A stretch of 64,000 nucleotides of DNA, from the NCBI RefSeq assembly GCF_009914755.1, contig NC_060925.1. One strand, 5' to 3'. This document shows, piece by piece, positions 11,522-25,586 of the stretch. The number at the start of each line of letters is the position of its first letter. Positions within the stretch are counted from its first letter, which is position 1. Below the pieces are notes generated by a model. That model was given only the letters and a program-made list of their open reading frames with translations, did no database searches and had not been told where the DNA came from. Origin of the DNA: the human T2T-CHM13v2.0 reference genome, Homo sapiens. A program made the position numbers and the translations under genes.

Positions 11522-14500
11522 CTGAGAATTAAAATTAGGACTTGAAATAACTACATAAGCAAAAATAGATGCTTTGCTTGGAAGAAGCTTTTCACTTCCT
11601 TGTAATATTTCAAATGGTGTTGGAACACATTCCGGAAACCCTATTTATTTTTGGTTTTAAAGAAAGCAAGACAGATTTGAGAGCACCCTTTTATCTAATT
11701 GATTCCATTTCCTTCCATCCTCAAGAACAAAGCACACATTCCTTTGGAGCAAACTGCTCACATAGGAGTTATGCTTTATTTTACTGAACTTGCAATTAAT
11801 TGAAAGTAAAAAGAAGTTAGTGTACTCATAAAAAGTTTGTCTTTTTGAACAAAGTTGAGTATTGTAACAAGACACCGTGTTATATTTGTCACTATTGCTT
11901 TTTATGCCAAAATGGGATCCATTGAATCTTGAAAAATCTGGCTTTCTAAACCTGGAAGCTGATTTTGTTTTGGGAAAGATAGATACTGAAACTTTGGTTC
12001 AGAGTTTTGCTCTGTTAAACTTCCTGAGTAAGCCTTTTATTTATGTCAGTGTGAGGCAAAGAATATTCTCAGGAATGCAAGTGCCTAAGAAGCTGTGAAA
12101 AATGCGTTAATTGTGGTCTTTTATATATATATATATTTTCATTTAGCATATAAAATAATGTCATAATGCACTGGGTTGAGAAACCTATTTCTCCAGATCT
12201 ATAAACCAGACCAAAAGTTAGGCATGGAGGCATTCTGAACAGATCTAAGAAAATGTGGCTGGCATTAGCTTTTATACTGGTGTTCAATAGCAAGTTTTAA
12301 GTTTATTAGTGTTATATCTCTCTTTTTAATCCCTACAATTGTGTAGAAAGTCCTATTCAGCGTTTCAGCCTGGCCTCAGCAATGGGGCTCTGTAATCTTG
12401 TTAAGGCCATTGGAACACTAGTGCCAGTGATTCAGAAGACATTACTTATGCCAGAAAATCTGATATTAGCATTAGCTGCTGGACAGAACAGACATGAGTA
12501 CTTTGAGCCTGACAAAAGAGTCTGAAATGGGAGCTATACCTTTAAAGTGTGTATGGAAAAGTGGGGAAAGGTCGTGTTTTTAATTGACTTGGCTGGAGAG
12601 CTCTCCAGGTATTTAGTGGGTATACGGGAAGTACCCTGGTGACAATACACTGACTAACCTAAAATCAAGCATGGGACACCCATTAAAGGGAAGGGAATTT
12701 CAAATTTGGAGTATGAGTGTTGAGGGTGTTAAGTCTTTTATCTTACCTCTTCTGTGGTGCCATCCTTATGGTGGGGTGGGTGCCAAAGCACTTCTGATAA
12801 CTTTAATGTAGGCCCATGAAATGAAGAAAGCAATTTGGGTTGAACCAGAAATAGGAGTTGACTTAAGAGTATCTGGGTCACATTTCAACATTAGGTGTAC
12901 TTTTATGTGTAGCCTAAATTTAAAACATTTATGCAAATGTTAATTAGCCTCTTTAAAACAAAAGGTGAATATTATGTCAGCAAGGAGATCACCCTAGACA
13001 GCATTACTGTATTATTATCAGTGTGGAGGTTCAATAGAAGGACAACAGAGATTTTCATTCTTAAAAGAGATACAGTAAAAGTTCCACTCTGGGGAGTACA
13101 ATCAGTTGAGTCATGATATAAGACTTTTACTTTTTATATACTAGCATTCTGTACTTAAATCTTTTTAACTTTGTGCATATTAAAAGATACTTAGAAAGTT
13201 AAGCCATAAACTTTAAGTTAAAATGAATCCATTCAATCTCCTTGAAAAGTAACTATGATCTGTAAAGTAGCAAATGCATTAGAGATGGCATTTTAAAAGA
13301 ATTGCTTTGTGAAGCAGAGATCCCTTTGAATTGTGAACAGTAACACCCAATCTGCAAACTTACATTTAGCACTCTGGATTTCCTTAGTCATATGCGGACT
13401 TCATGATTGAACTAATCATTAGTGCATTGTTCTATCTATAGAAGATAATCAATTAGTTGAATGAAAATAGTCGTGGTTTTAAGTTAATTACAGTTAATTT
13501 AATCCCTACTTCATGAAAATAAAATATCCCAGTATGATTTCCACCCTCTCCCCCTTAAAAAGTAGTTTTAATTTGCTTTATGTGTAATATTTATTCTGAC
13601 TTACAGGTAACTTAAAACTTAAAAACACATTTCTATTATATAAATAAGTAGCATTTAACACTTAAAGTTTTATTTCAAATGAAATAGTCTGTAAAAGTGT
13701 TTACATTATTTATTTTCATCTATTTCTTTAGAAACAATTTGCTAACACTAAAATGCCCTCCAATATTCACATCTATATGAATTTTTATAGGTTTTTCACT
13801 GATTTTGATAACAAGAATATTAATTGAAATGTTTTATTATATGACATCAAAATAGTTCATTAATAGCTTAGTGCCACACACCTCTGAGAATGTGTCTTAT
13901 CTGAGCTTATTATTGCTGATCTAAAAGCTCAAATGAAAGTTTAAGTAGTTTTCTGTGAGCTTTGGCTCAGAAAAAAGTGATGGCACTGCAAGCCATTTTA
14001 AGCTTAATCTAGTTCTTTCCTCTGTTTTCTTGGCTTCATCTCTATCATATCTAATTGATGAGTTTTACTAATACATGTTAAAATACAGTGGAGCAACAAT
14101 GGTCCATTCTTCTCATATACTTTAATGCACACTCCCGCAATATATTATTTATGGTCTTAGTTATTTGTCTAATTAAATCTGTTACTTTTATTTAAACTAG
14201 AGATGTTTATGCATTTTTGTTTGTTTGTTTGTTTGTCCTCAGTGATCCTTAAGCACAAGCCTCACTGGCTGCATTAGTTCCTCTATTATTCATACCAGCA
14301 GTGTTCTGAACACAGCAGTGAATTGTCTGTTTGAGAATACAGCTATAAGGTAAACCAGAATTTAGCAACACTCACACCAATTTCTGTGCTTTAATCTGCC
14401 AGCATTCTAGGCACATATAAAACATCTAGAATGAGATATCTAACTATGTTCTCTGGGGAGGGGGAATAAATCCAGTGGTGCCTGGACAAATATGCTACAG

Positions 14501-15329
14501 TAATACCATGGAATTTGGGACAACCTGTCCACTTACACACACTATGGCCCTAGCATTGCTAATATTTCAGGAATCTTCCTCTGTTTACCAGTCCCCCAGA
14601 GCCAGACATATATTCCGCAATGGAAAATAAATATCTCTTTTTGGTTTGTAGGCAGAATGCGTCTGGGGGTGGACACCTGCTAGTTTAACATTCTTTATAT
14701 AGGCCAGACTGTAAGCAGAGGGATGTTCACTTGCCTCAAGGTATTTTTGATCCTCAAGTGCCACCTGCTCTAGAAACTGCAGCCAAATGTTATTTAAGAG
14801 AAGTGGTGAAAAGTATGGCAAAGAAATTCTGTGATTAGAGAGGACTATCTAAACACTGCAGCTACTCACTCTAGAAAGTCATCTGCATCACTTTGCTGGG
14901 GATGAAATGGAAGGAAGTCATCAAACACTGCTGGAATTCTCTTTGGGCAAGAAACTACTGTGTTCCTTCTACTTCTCAAAGCTAGATATAATTTTTGAGG
15001 ACAAGAGATTATTCTTATGTGTGCCCCAAGATTTGTGTCCCACTATAACACTGAGCTGTGTGGCTAGTGCATAATAATATGTGGACTTGATTAAGGAGAT
15101 ATAGCATAGTCTTTGAAATACCCCTTATTAGGTGTGCTATAAAACACTGGTCCTGGAATAACATTACTTGTGGCCAAACCCCAACTCTGGCACCTACAAG
15201 CTGTAGCACATCTGGAAGACTGGTTTCCTCAGTCTTTCTTCAATTTCCTTTTTGTACTATTTTGTACTGTGCAGATGTGGAGGGTTTTTTAAATCCCATA
15301 TTTCTTACAGCAAAGACTCCAGCAGTGAC

Positions 15330-15686
15330 TGAGAAACTGAGTTAAATGGGAGGACAGATGGTGGGCCATACTTTATTCATTTGGGTTGTGAGGATCCAGC
15401 GGGTGTGTTGTGGCTCAAGTGGCAATAATTAGGGCAACAGCTAAGGTGGTGTGATCCTGGAAGACAGTCAGTAAAGCTGTATCCTGTTTCCTTGGCTTTC
15501 TGATTGTTGTACATTGGTCATTCTGCAATATTGCTCTAGGAGTCATTACTGGAGGGTTTTCCCAGAGTCTGATTCTCTGGCCCTTCCAGTACTTTTAAGT
15601 ACCCAGTTTCCTAAATTAATTCAATTTCTGCTTAAAATTGTTATAGTGGTTTCTATTACTTTAGCCGAACCCTGACTGGAATGTAT
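15330..15686 (+). mobile_element. Old ERVL-type LTR (LTR33/LTR41-like), 3' part
   Basis: 3' end tttctgcttaaaattgttatagtggtttctatt...gaaccctgactggaatgta resembles old ERVL LTR termini; 5' boundary uncertain. Confidence 0.5.
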
Positions 15687-16079
15687 TTATGTGTATATAA
15701 ATAACTTCTATAAATAAACAATTTTCTATTGTTTATTTTCTATATTTTCTATGTTCTATTTCGGGCACTATTTTCAACCAAATTTTAAATAAATGTAGAT
15801 GTTAACAAGAAATATTTTATTTCTTAAGCAATTATCTTAAATTTCCATTCCCCACAATATTAAAAAAACTTGCATTTTTCTGGTTATTGGTGAAAAATTT
15901 TAATGCAGATATTATATACCAGATAGAATTGATTTTATTATATATAGTATATTTAGATATCCAACCTTTTCCAAGATAAAAATATTAACTGTTACTTTAC
16001 TTATTCTAATTATTTTCTTCATCATGTTTCATACTTTAGATATGATTTACAGTAACATTTCTTGCATTACTACTATGTC

Positions 16080-16270
16080 AGACATTAAGCTAGGTGTTTG
16101 CAGTTTGACAATGTTTAATCCTCTGGAAGAAAGTGAGCATTAATATATAAATTCATATGCTAATAGTTGATGATAAGAGAAGTTAAGGGCTTTCCTAATG
16201 TCACACAGTGAGCGAGCTGAATAGCAAACTGAGGAATTAGTGATGCTTCCACTAGAACACACTGCTTTTT
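16080..16270 (-). mobile_element. MIR fragment
   Basis: agaagttaagggctttcctaatgtcacacagtgagcgag matches the antisense MIR core. Confidence 0.55.
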
Positions 16271-16531
16271 CTTTTGTTTCTAATTGAGTAGTATATGGTC
16301 TGTATGAGACAAAACTGGAAATTAGCATGATATTATATTTAGCACACATTTATTTTAAGAGGCTATAATGCCTTAGTATTAAAAAAATGAGGGGGGCATA
16401 AGAATAAAAAAGCATCCTGAGGTAGAAGAAAGCCACATTACTTGTATGATACACAATACTGCATAGGTTATCATATTGGCAGAAATATGTCAAAAGGTAG
16501 TATTCATATTGTCGTGTATATCAGATGATCT

Positions 16532-16745
16532 TAGTACTTCTCAAATGGGGATGATTTAATCCCCACTCTCCCCACATGAGGCATTTGCACATGTCTAGAG
16601 ATATTTTTAGTTGCCACAGCTGGCAGGGGGTTGTTCTTGGCATGTAGTGGATACTGTTAAATGTCCCACAATGACCAGGACAGCCTCCCAAAACAAGTAA
16701 TTATTCAGCCCAAAATGTCAATAGTGTTGAGGTTGAAAAGTCCTA
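16532..16745 (+). mobile_element. MER20 hAT-Charlie non-autonomous DNA transposon
   Basis: ttctcaaatgggg...atgtctagagatatttttagttgccacagctgg...aattattcagcccaaaatgtcaatagtgttgaggttgaaaagtcct; about 215 bp. Confidence 0.85.
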
Positions 16746-17415
16746 GAATATCTTCAAAGAAGGCTTCTCATAGGGAATTTGTAGACAATAGACACTTGGT
16801 TACACTCACATCTTCTGAAATGTCTGGTTATGCTGGAAGAGACAAGCTTCCTTTAACTGGGTCTTATAGTGAGTTTAAAATAAATGATGTATAAATGATT
16901 AATTACGAAAAATGACTCAAATGAATATGAAATCTTGAGGCATAAACTGGCAAGGTCAGAACCTTTTGGGTTTTACATAATTTTAATCAAGTAATCCTTT
17001 AGGTTATCTCATAGCTAACCTATTTTCAGAATAGTATTGATAACAAACACACAGAGTCTATGTCAGTGAACCTTTGGGAAATGTGAGAATTTGAAAAATT
17101 TTTCATAAATATGTGATGGTAAAAAGCATATTAGATAAAGAGTTAAACATGTTTTCCTCAAATCCAAAAATTATTTGACTGCATTGTAAAAAGGAGAGGG
17201 TCAATCTACAAAATATATTTTATAATAGAAAGAATTATTTGCTGCTGAAATAGAATATTTTTAAAATTTATGAATTATTGAAGAGTATAGCTAAAAAAGA
17301 AAACTGCAATGGTACCATGTATTCTGTAAATAAACTCAGCAATTAAGGATGAAATTAGCCACCAAATACAAATATCCATCCTATTAATGTTTTATATATC
17401 TGCACAATTTAACAC

Positions 17416-17669
17416 TTCTTTTTTTTTCTTTCTTTCTTTTTATCATACTTTAAGTTTTAGGGTACATGTGCACATTGTGCAGGTTAGTTACATATGTATA
17501 CATGTGCCATGCTGGTGCGCTGCACCCACTAACTCGTCATCTAGCATTAGGTGTATCTCCCAATGCTATCCCTCCCCTCTACCTCCACCCCACAACAGTC
17601 CCCAGAGTGTGATATTCCCCTTCCTGTGTCTATGTGATCTCATTGTTCAATTCCCACCTATGAGTGAGA
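17416..17669 (-). mobile_element. 5'-truncated L1PA2 3'UTR
   Basis: Poly(T), then tactttaagttttagggtacatgtgcacattgtgcagg...ccactaactcgtcatctagc. It has GAG (not ACA/ACG) and A (not G) at the L1HS diagnostic sites. Confidence 0.9.
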
Positions 17670-20600
17670 TGCTCATTTAACAAACACTATTTTTAAAAGA
17701 TGAAATTGAGGTCTATTATAAATTCATTCATTGTTTTGCTTATGGTTTGCAATTTTTAGTGAATGATATATCATTCTGAAGCTGCATTATTTAAAATAAC
17801 TTGCTTTCACATACAATGTTGTCATATAAAATTTTGTTTAAAAAAAAGGATCAGTAATGAAGGTGCCAACACTCAGTAAGACACAATTCACTGTGGAAAT
17901 TTACAACAAATGTTTGCACTTTTATGTAGATTGACTCTATTTAAACATTGAATTTTGGGGTGTACAGAGGTTATTTTTCTTTCACAGTGTAGTCATTTTC
18001 TTACAGTTCTTTTTCGTACTTTTTGTATAAAATACTTTACCGCAAATTTTACTATTTTATTGTGTTACATCTTTTACAATGACATGTGCAAACAACCCTT
18101 ACCTGCTGCATACACACCCCAAAGCCAAAGTCAATCTTTTTGTCACCTATCAAATATTTAAACCTCCAATGTTACTTTTTAATATCATTGAACATTTTAA
18201 AAATTAATTGCATAGAATTCTGAGTCCATACTTCCAAGAAGACAATACTATAAGTACGTAAGTTTGCCATGGGATATTCGAACTTCTACTTTAGATATAT
18301 AATACAGCTATAACAAATGTATCATACCTAAGCATAGGTTTTACTTTTCTATCTATGAGAAGATAGAAATAAAACTGTAACTAAGCTTTCCCTAATGTCA
18401 TTAGTCAACATCTCTTAAGAAGTAAATGTCTCGGGATTGTGATATAGGCAAGAGTGTAAAGGTACAGAAAGAAAAACATGTCAGCAGACAAAGTAGAATA
18501 GACCCTCTTTTACCCTCTCTCCTTGTTACAGAAAAACTGTTATTTACTAGAAATCTATTTAAAATTCATCAGGATAGATGTATAAAAATATGATGAGTCT
18601 ATCAATTGATCTGTAAGAACTGTAAGAAAATGACTACACTGTGAAAGAAAAATCACCTCTGTACACACCAAAATTCAATGTTTAAATAGAGTCGATATAC
18701 ATAAAAGTGCAAACATTTGTTGTAACTTTCTGAGGTGAATTGCGTCTCATTGTGTTAGCACCTCCATTACTGATCATCTTTTTTTAAATTTATATGACAA
18801 CATATCAATTAAAAAATTACAACTTTAGCTCCTTTTGTGGGGCAATGCAGATAATTTTAAGGTTCATATGCAAATAACTTTATAATATTTTATGTAAATA
18901 CTGTTTACCCAGATACCAAACTAAATACCGATTGTTTCCCTAAAAAGAGATTTACCCTAAAATATGCATAATTACAACTTTAGGAAGAATTTGTAATTAT
19001 CAATGATATACTGCAAGAACATATTTTCTATGCTTGTTCAAATCAAAAACACCAAAACTCCCATACTCAATAAGTTCCTAACTGGATTTTGCTACAGATA
19101 AATTAGAACATGCTGTCTTCATCTATTTCCAGAAAACATTAAACCACAGCTCTCAACAAGCTGTTCTCATTTATAACACAATCCATTTGTTGTGTTGGCA
19201 AATGGGAAATCCCAGAGTGAGTGAATAAACAGGAAGCTTCATCGAGTGTTAACAATCCCCCAGGACCCTATTTGTAAAGAAATGGCCTTTGCAAGAACAT
19301 GTACAAATACGCGATTTCATATTTGGCAAAAAAAACTTGTGAATTTTATTCCCAATCCATTTAGTAACTTTATGCTTTTTCACATACATAAACTTGTGAC
19401 CCTGGGTACATTTATGAGAATTATATAGAAAATGTATGTGATATATGTGTATATATGCATCTATTTGATTATGTTATGTATGTGTGTATATTAATCATAT
19501 ATTATTTGTATATTTATTACATAAATAAGGGATTCAACAGCAGTTCTTAGGGATTGCACAATGAGCTGTTTATAGAAAATATCAGCATGTCATAAAATGG
19601 AGTGAAACTATGCAGGGTGGAGTGGTTAACTCCCATGGTAGCAATTTTTAAAGAATACTAACATTTTTAATACTATCTAAGTGTACAAAAAACAAATATT
19701 TATCACTTTGGAATGCAGTTCTCTGTAATTCCACCACCACCCTAACATAAAACAGTGAGGTCTAGCAGCAGTGTTAGATCACGATTAAACTGGAACACAG
19801 TATTTTCAAAAGACAAAATAAAACAACTCTATATTCCATAACGGCACCATGTAGGTTCTAGACATATTTTGAATATGTCTAAATAATGGGATATATTGAG
19901 AACATGTAACATTCCTGGAATACCCTTTTAAAATATTTGTTCATTGTTTTCCATGTTATTAAATCTGTTTCATGCCAGAAATTTTATTTAGGGAGCACTA
20001 GTCAATCTCCATGTGAAGTTTCTTAAGCGAATAAGAATTTATTTAGAATCATAGACCCTCAGATCTTCTATTTTAATTGTTTCTGTCTGTGTTCATTTTC
20101 ATGCATATTTGGCTATAATGAAATGATGGTTTAAAAACCAAATTTGACCATTATAAATGAAAAGTTACTTATGAATAAAATCATTTCCATATCAGTTTAA
20201 ATGTATAGTAGATAATCTTGACATTGTATTAGTATAATTCATGCAACTGTATATAACATGTAGAAAGAAAAAAAAAATCCCTGTAGGAGCACATGAGCAT
20301 GCTGAGAAATACCTTTTGTTTAAAACCGTATAACTAAAATTGCTTTAAAAATGTTCCAGGATCATAATGATGAGAAATTGCAACTACAGGTGGTCATTCA
20401 TATGGAGATAAAGGCAAATAAAACATTTGCCTTTATGGCAAATGGATGAAGAATTCAATACTAGATAATAAGTTTTCAAAAAGTTACCAAGAAACATAAA
20501 ATTTTAAAAATATAATAGCTTCTCACAGGTTTTAGACAATAGAAAAGCTCTGTGTGAGGACATGGCATAGGTAAAGAAGCTTTACCTCATTTGTATCTCA

Positions 20601-22689
20601 GCTTAAAAAAATTAGTCTTAAGTATGAACAAATCATTATCAAAAAGGATGAGGTAACATATTATTTTATATAATTGATTTAAAAGATGGAATTCAATAGC
20701 TTCTTTATTACAATGTCTGTATTCAAGTTTCTGAGCACTGAACACCTATAAAAGCAAAAGGGAAAATTGATTTATTTGGTATTAACTGCAAATGTAAAAT
20801 TAGAGAAGTGAAGTACAACTGTTGGCCTGGGGGATGATTCTGTTTCAGTTAGCACTGGTGCTGCTTCAGCCACTTTAAGCAATAATGTTCTTTTAGAGTT
20901 ATGTATAAATCACCGTTTTGAAATTAGAAATCTATCATTTATATAGTTTGTATAATCTGAGAGGTAATGTTTCAAGAATTGAAAGGGATTGAAAACATAT
21001 TTCTTCCTTCAACCTCAGAAGCTGCTGGCTTGCTCATCTCTTGCCTTGAGTTTTCTTGATGATTAGGACTAAGAAAGTAAGAAAATAAGAGTATTTCCAA
21101 GCCATCACCAAGGAGGTTTTCAGCTCTCCTATCATCTCCATGACCCTCTCCAGTCCTAAGCAAACATATATTTAAGTAAATACAGTGTGCCTTCTATGCT
21201 AACTTCAGAGTCAAGGTAAATTCCCTAGGTAGACTTCTCCTACTATTATGGCCCTGCTTACCCACAAAGATTTTGGAAAAATCCCTAGAGTTAAAGAGAA
21301 CTGAAAAAAAGATCAGCCCAGAGCAAAACCTAAGATATTAAGACTAGGGCAGAAAAAATATACAAGGCAACAGAACAGCCAAACAATGACAGCAACAAAC
21401 ACTCGAGCGATATGGCAAATAAGGAAAGATTCCCGGGACCCCGTAATTTTAGGCATATATTACTGGAAAGCAAAGACCAAATGGCTCACAAATTTGGGAT
21501 TATTTGAACTAAAATTAATCTGGGATACCTGTATAAAGATAAAAAATTAGCAGGGACCTAATTCTATCATCCACACTATGTTAGGTTAATAACTATCTTA
21601 TGTATGCTAGTGGTGGAAATTGCAGGTGTTGGCTGTTCGGCATTGGATACTTTTCATTGGTAGAGTTTGGATTTTATAGAAGAATTGCTAATAAAAAACT
21701 GAGGATGACTGTCAAATTAATTTCAGGCCAGCATTTTCACCATTAAAAATATTGGTAAAATAACTTCATTTGAAATTACAAAGTCACCTATATGATTTTA
21801 AAAGACTATAATTTCTCATTTGATAACATACACATTGAATTTTAAAGTGAGTAGTATTTTTTCTTAACAAAAATATTTACTAATGATGATAAAAATTTTA
21901 TGGCGTATATAAAAGTCAAAAGTTACTCTAACTTACTTAGTTCTTAAGTCTTTTGTCATCACTGTACGTCACTCAAAAACAACTTCAGTAAAGAATTAGG
22001 TTGTAAAGAGTGACATCTAGGAAAACATGAAAGTTATTAAAAATTTTATGAAAATGGTATTGCTAGAATAACACTTGTGATCACACCTCATTCAAAGTTC
22101 ATATCTATCTAAGAAAAATACACAAATATTACTGTGCAAGAAATATAAAAAGCTTCAATCTTACTGAGAAAAATTGAACGTATCAAATAAAAGGCTACAT
22201 GGGCACATGTATTTCAGTTACTTCTGCCTTTTGAAATTAAAAATATTTTGATTTTAAAATGATTCACATACTCTAAAATAGCAATAACAGAATAATGAAA
22301 TATTCATAACACTCTATCATTACTTATAGTATGCCACGATATGTACAAAGTTATAAAATGCAATAGAAAACGTGGCCAAATAAAAAAAAAATTAGTCCAT
22401 AAGCTATATACTGAATTGCATAGGCTTATTATTTGTAAGTAATTTGTAAATCACATTATTATGAAATGTCAGCTTTAAAATACAATGGAACTTTCATCAT
22501 AAAGATAATAAGGAAATATTATTACTATAAAGGGATATACACAGAGCACAGATAGTGTATTAAATGGACCAAATATAGCAGCTCACGCTTATTGTATTCA
22601 AAGTATGAAGTAATGAGGTAGGATAATAAAGACTATGTTAATTTTGAACATTTTTGTATTTCTCACATAAAATAAAAAAATAGATTTTT

Positions 22690-22870
22690 GAATTGGACAG
22701 ACCCTCTTAAATTATTGAAAGTAATTAATATTCTTTTTCCCACCAGAACAAAGTAAGAAACAGTAAGCTTAAGAGATTTTACAGTGGTCATATGGCTAGT
22801 GACACAGGAAAGAACAGAAGCCAGGTGTCCAGACTCTCAGTCTAGAATTTTTATTACATTCTGGTGTCCC
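22690..22870 (-). mobile_element. MIR/MIR3 fragment
   Basis: ggtcatatggctagtgacac...agaagccaggtgtccagactctcagtctag matches antisense MIR. Confidence 0.6.
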
Positions 22871-23008
22871 TCAGAGACTGCTTTCCCAACAAAATAAATA
22901 ATTCTGGTTTGCGAATAGCAATAACACTAAATTCTTTTAAAAATCTACCAAGACTGTTAGGGATAGTTTACCATGTGACGTGATTCCCTTATGAGTCATT
23001 AGAGAAAA

Positions 23009-23011
<3 letters not shown>

Positions 23012-23050
<39 letters not shown>

Positions 23051-23087
23051 CAGAGAAAGAGAGAGGAACGGAGAGAGGGAGAGAGAA
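23012..23087. repeat. (TG)17 followed by a GA-rich tract
   Basis: Direct inspection. Confidence 0.95.
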
Positions 23088-23537
23088 CGCATTTTATGAA
23101 GAGACAGTGTTGGAAATGGCAATTTTTCTATTACTATTTCTATATTATTCCCTGACCTTTGCAAACTCCAAGAACATCTTTTTGCATTAAACTACAATTA
23201 CAAAACAAAATTTACAAAAATATGAACAATTGTAATAACTTTCTTAAAAAGTTTTTAGTTTGCTATATCGAAGATGTAATGGAATCTAGATGGATACGTA
23301 TTATTTATTTCTGATTAAGTATTTACTACTAAAACAAAAATTTCTAACTACATTTGGTTTCAATTACTTCCAGGAGGTAAATTTAATATTTTTTGGCAGA
23401 AAGCACACTCAGTAGAAGCAGCACCATACTATGACACAAACGTAAAACCAGATTTCAAGTTCTACCTTCTTGGTTACTAAGGCTTTGGGACAGTTTTTCA
23501 CCATCCCTGAGCCATTTCCTCCATAAAATGTTGGTAG

Positions 23538-24007
23538 TGTCAAGAATTCTGAAGGGTCAGAGATTTTTATCCTTCTTGAAAGCTATCATGTCAGCCTGTC
23601 ACATTTTCATAAAGACTGACAGTAGACACAAGACTCTTGAGTCAGACACAGAGAACTTTATTATTCATTGCATGAGCTTCATGTCCTCATAAGTTCTCCT
23701 TCTAACCCAAGAACGAATAAGATGATCCCAAAAGGCCCAGAGGATGCTGTTGTAGGTTTGTCTCATAACTGAGGATCCCACAACTTAGAAAACACCATCT
23801 TATAAAAGGTATTTCTGCTCAACATTTGCCCCAAAGAGAGACTTTATTTTGATTATACTGGTCTGCACACAAATCCGACTTTTTCCCTGGAGGGAGTCAC
23901 TATCTGTCTCTCCTCCAAGGCTGTCTGCTTTAGAACATTCTTGAAAATATAAGGACAAAAGCTGTTCCAAGATATGTAGAAATGACAAGGAAAATTGCCC
24001 CACAACA
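23538..24007 (-). mobile_element. ERVL solo LTR (MER54/MER74-group-like) inserted into a MIR
   Basis: TG...CA ends (tgtcaagaattctgaagggtcagagatttt ... ccccacaaca); TSD ggtag/ggtaa; antisense polyA signal tttatt; MIR halves on both sides. Confidence 0.7.
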
Positions 24008-24081
24008 GGTAATAGCACCATCTTGGTGAATACTGACAGCAATAATGTATAAACAATGGCACTTTAAAAAGTGAGAATTGC

Positions 24082-24435
<354 letters not shown>

Positions 24436-25586
24436 TTATCACCTCTATAAACTTTAAAAAAGCTTTCATATAATGACATGCTAAAAATTAAAAGCATCTA
24501 AAGGTGGTATAAAAGCCTAATTTATTAAGTAATTCTCAATAAAGCCTGACACCTTAAACATATGTGTTTTATTTACAAAATAAATAGATCAACAAGTAGT
24601 AGTTGACTGTCTTCAGCGCATCTACATCTTTGATAAAAAGACTCTGGAAGACACATAGTTCATCACAATCAGATATAAATGGACTCACAATGGTTCTAAT
24701 TCTAAAAGGGGAAGCCAGTATCTTCATATACAACTATTTGTTCATAATCTTTTGTCATCTTTTTCAAAGTATGAAAGAGAAGACAGAAGTAAACATTATT
24801 TCTAATTGGTTGTGGAAAAAACAAAACAAACAAAAAAGAAAATAAATGTTTATATGTTAGAATAATATTGTAGGAAGAAAGAAGATATGAGAATACACAG
24901 TCTATCAGTAAAATGAATAAAACTAATATAACTAAGTCTCTAAAATGAAAATAATGATCTTACACACTCTTAGCAAATTCTTAAAGAATTATTTAATCTG
25001 ACCTTAAAATTATCTGGATAAAAATCATATTGCCTTTGATGACCACAGTAAGTAAAGCATGAAATATTTCCCATTTGCTACAAGATACAGGCTTTTAACA
25101 ATTCAGGAGTGTAAAAATATAAAAAAACTAAGATTGTATTATACAGTATAATCACTTTGGATCATGATAATGCATTCCATTAAAGATTTGCAATGGTGTT
25201 AAATCCCTTTAAAGATAGCATATATTGGCAAAGAGCAGGTGTGGAACATTTGGGAAAGCAAGACAGAAAGTATTAAAGTGCAGCAATAAATCATGAAACT
25301 TGTACATCTGAAAAATTGAATTGCTGTCCTCAGAGTGTGAAGTATAATAAACAGAAGTGCTATCTAACAGTAATAATTTGAAATTGAAACACAATAATAG
25401 ATAATATTCACAAGTTATGTGAAATAAGATTTCCAGAGTTATGAATAAATATGGTAGTTATATAAAAATGACTAAGCTAAAACTGGAATAGGTTTGGAAA
25501 TTCTATGTATGTTTAAATAACATTATTTTACAAAGAGTCATAAATGTATTATATTAATTTTATTAATATTACTCTAAATTCACTAT

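Noticed and set aside
12748-12913. Possible minus-strand exon with strong GAG|GTAAGA donor
   Set aside because: Stops in the frames examined and a poor acceptor; indistinguishable from a pseudo-exon.
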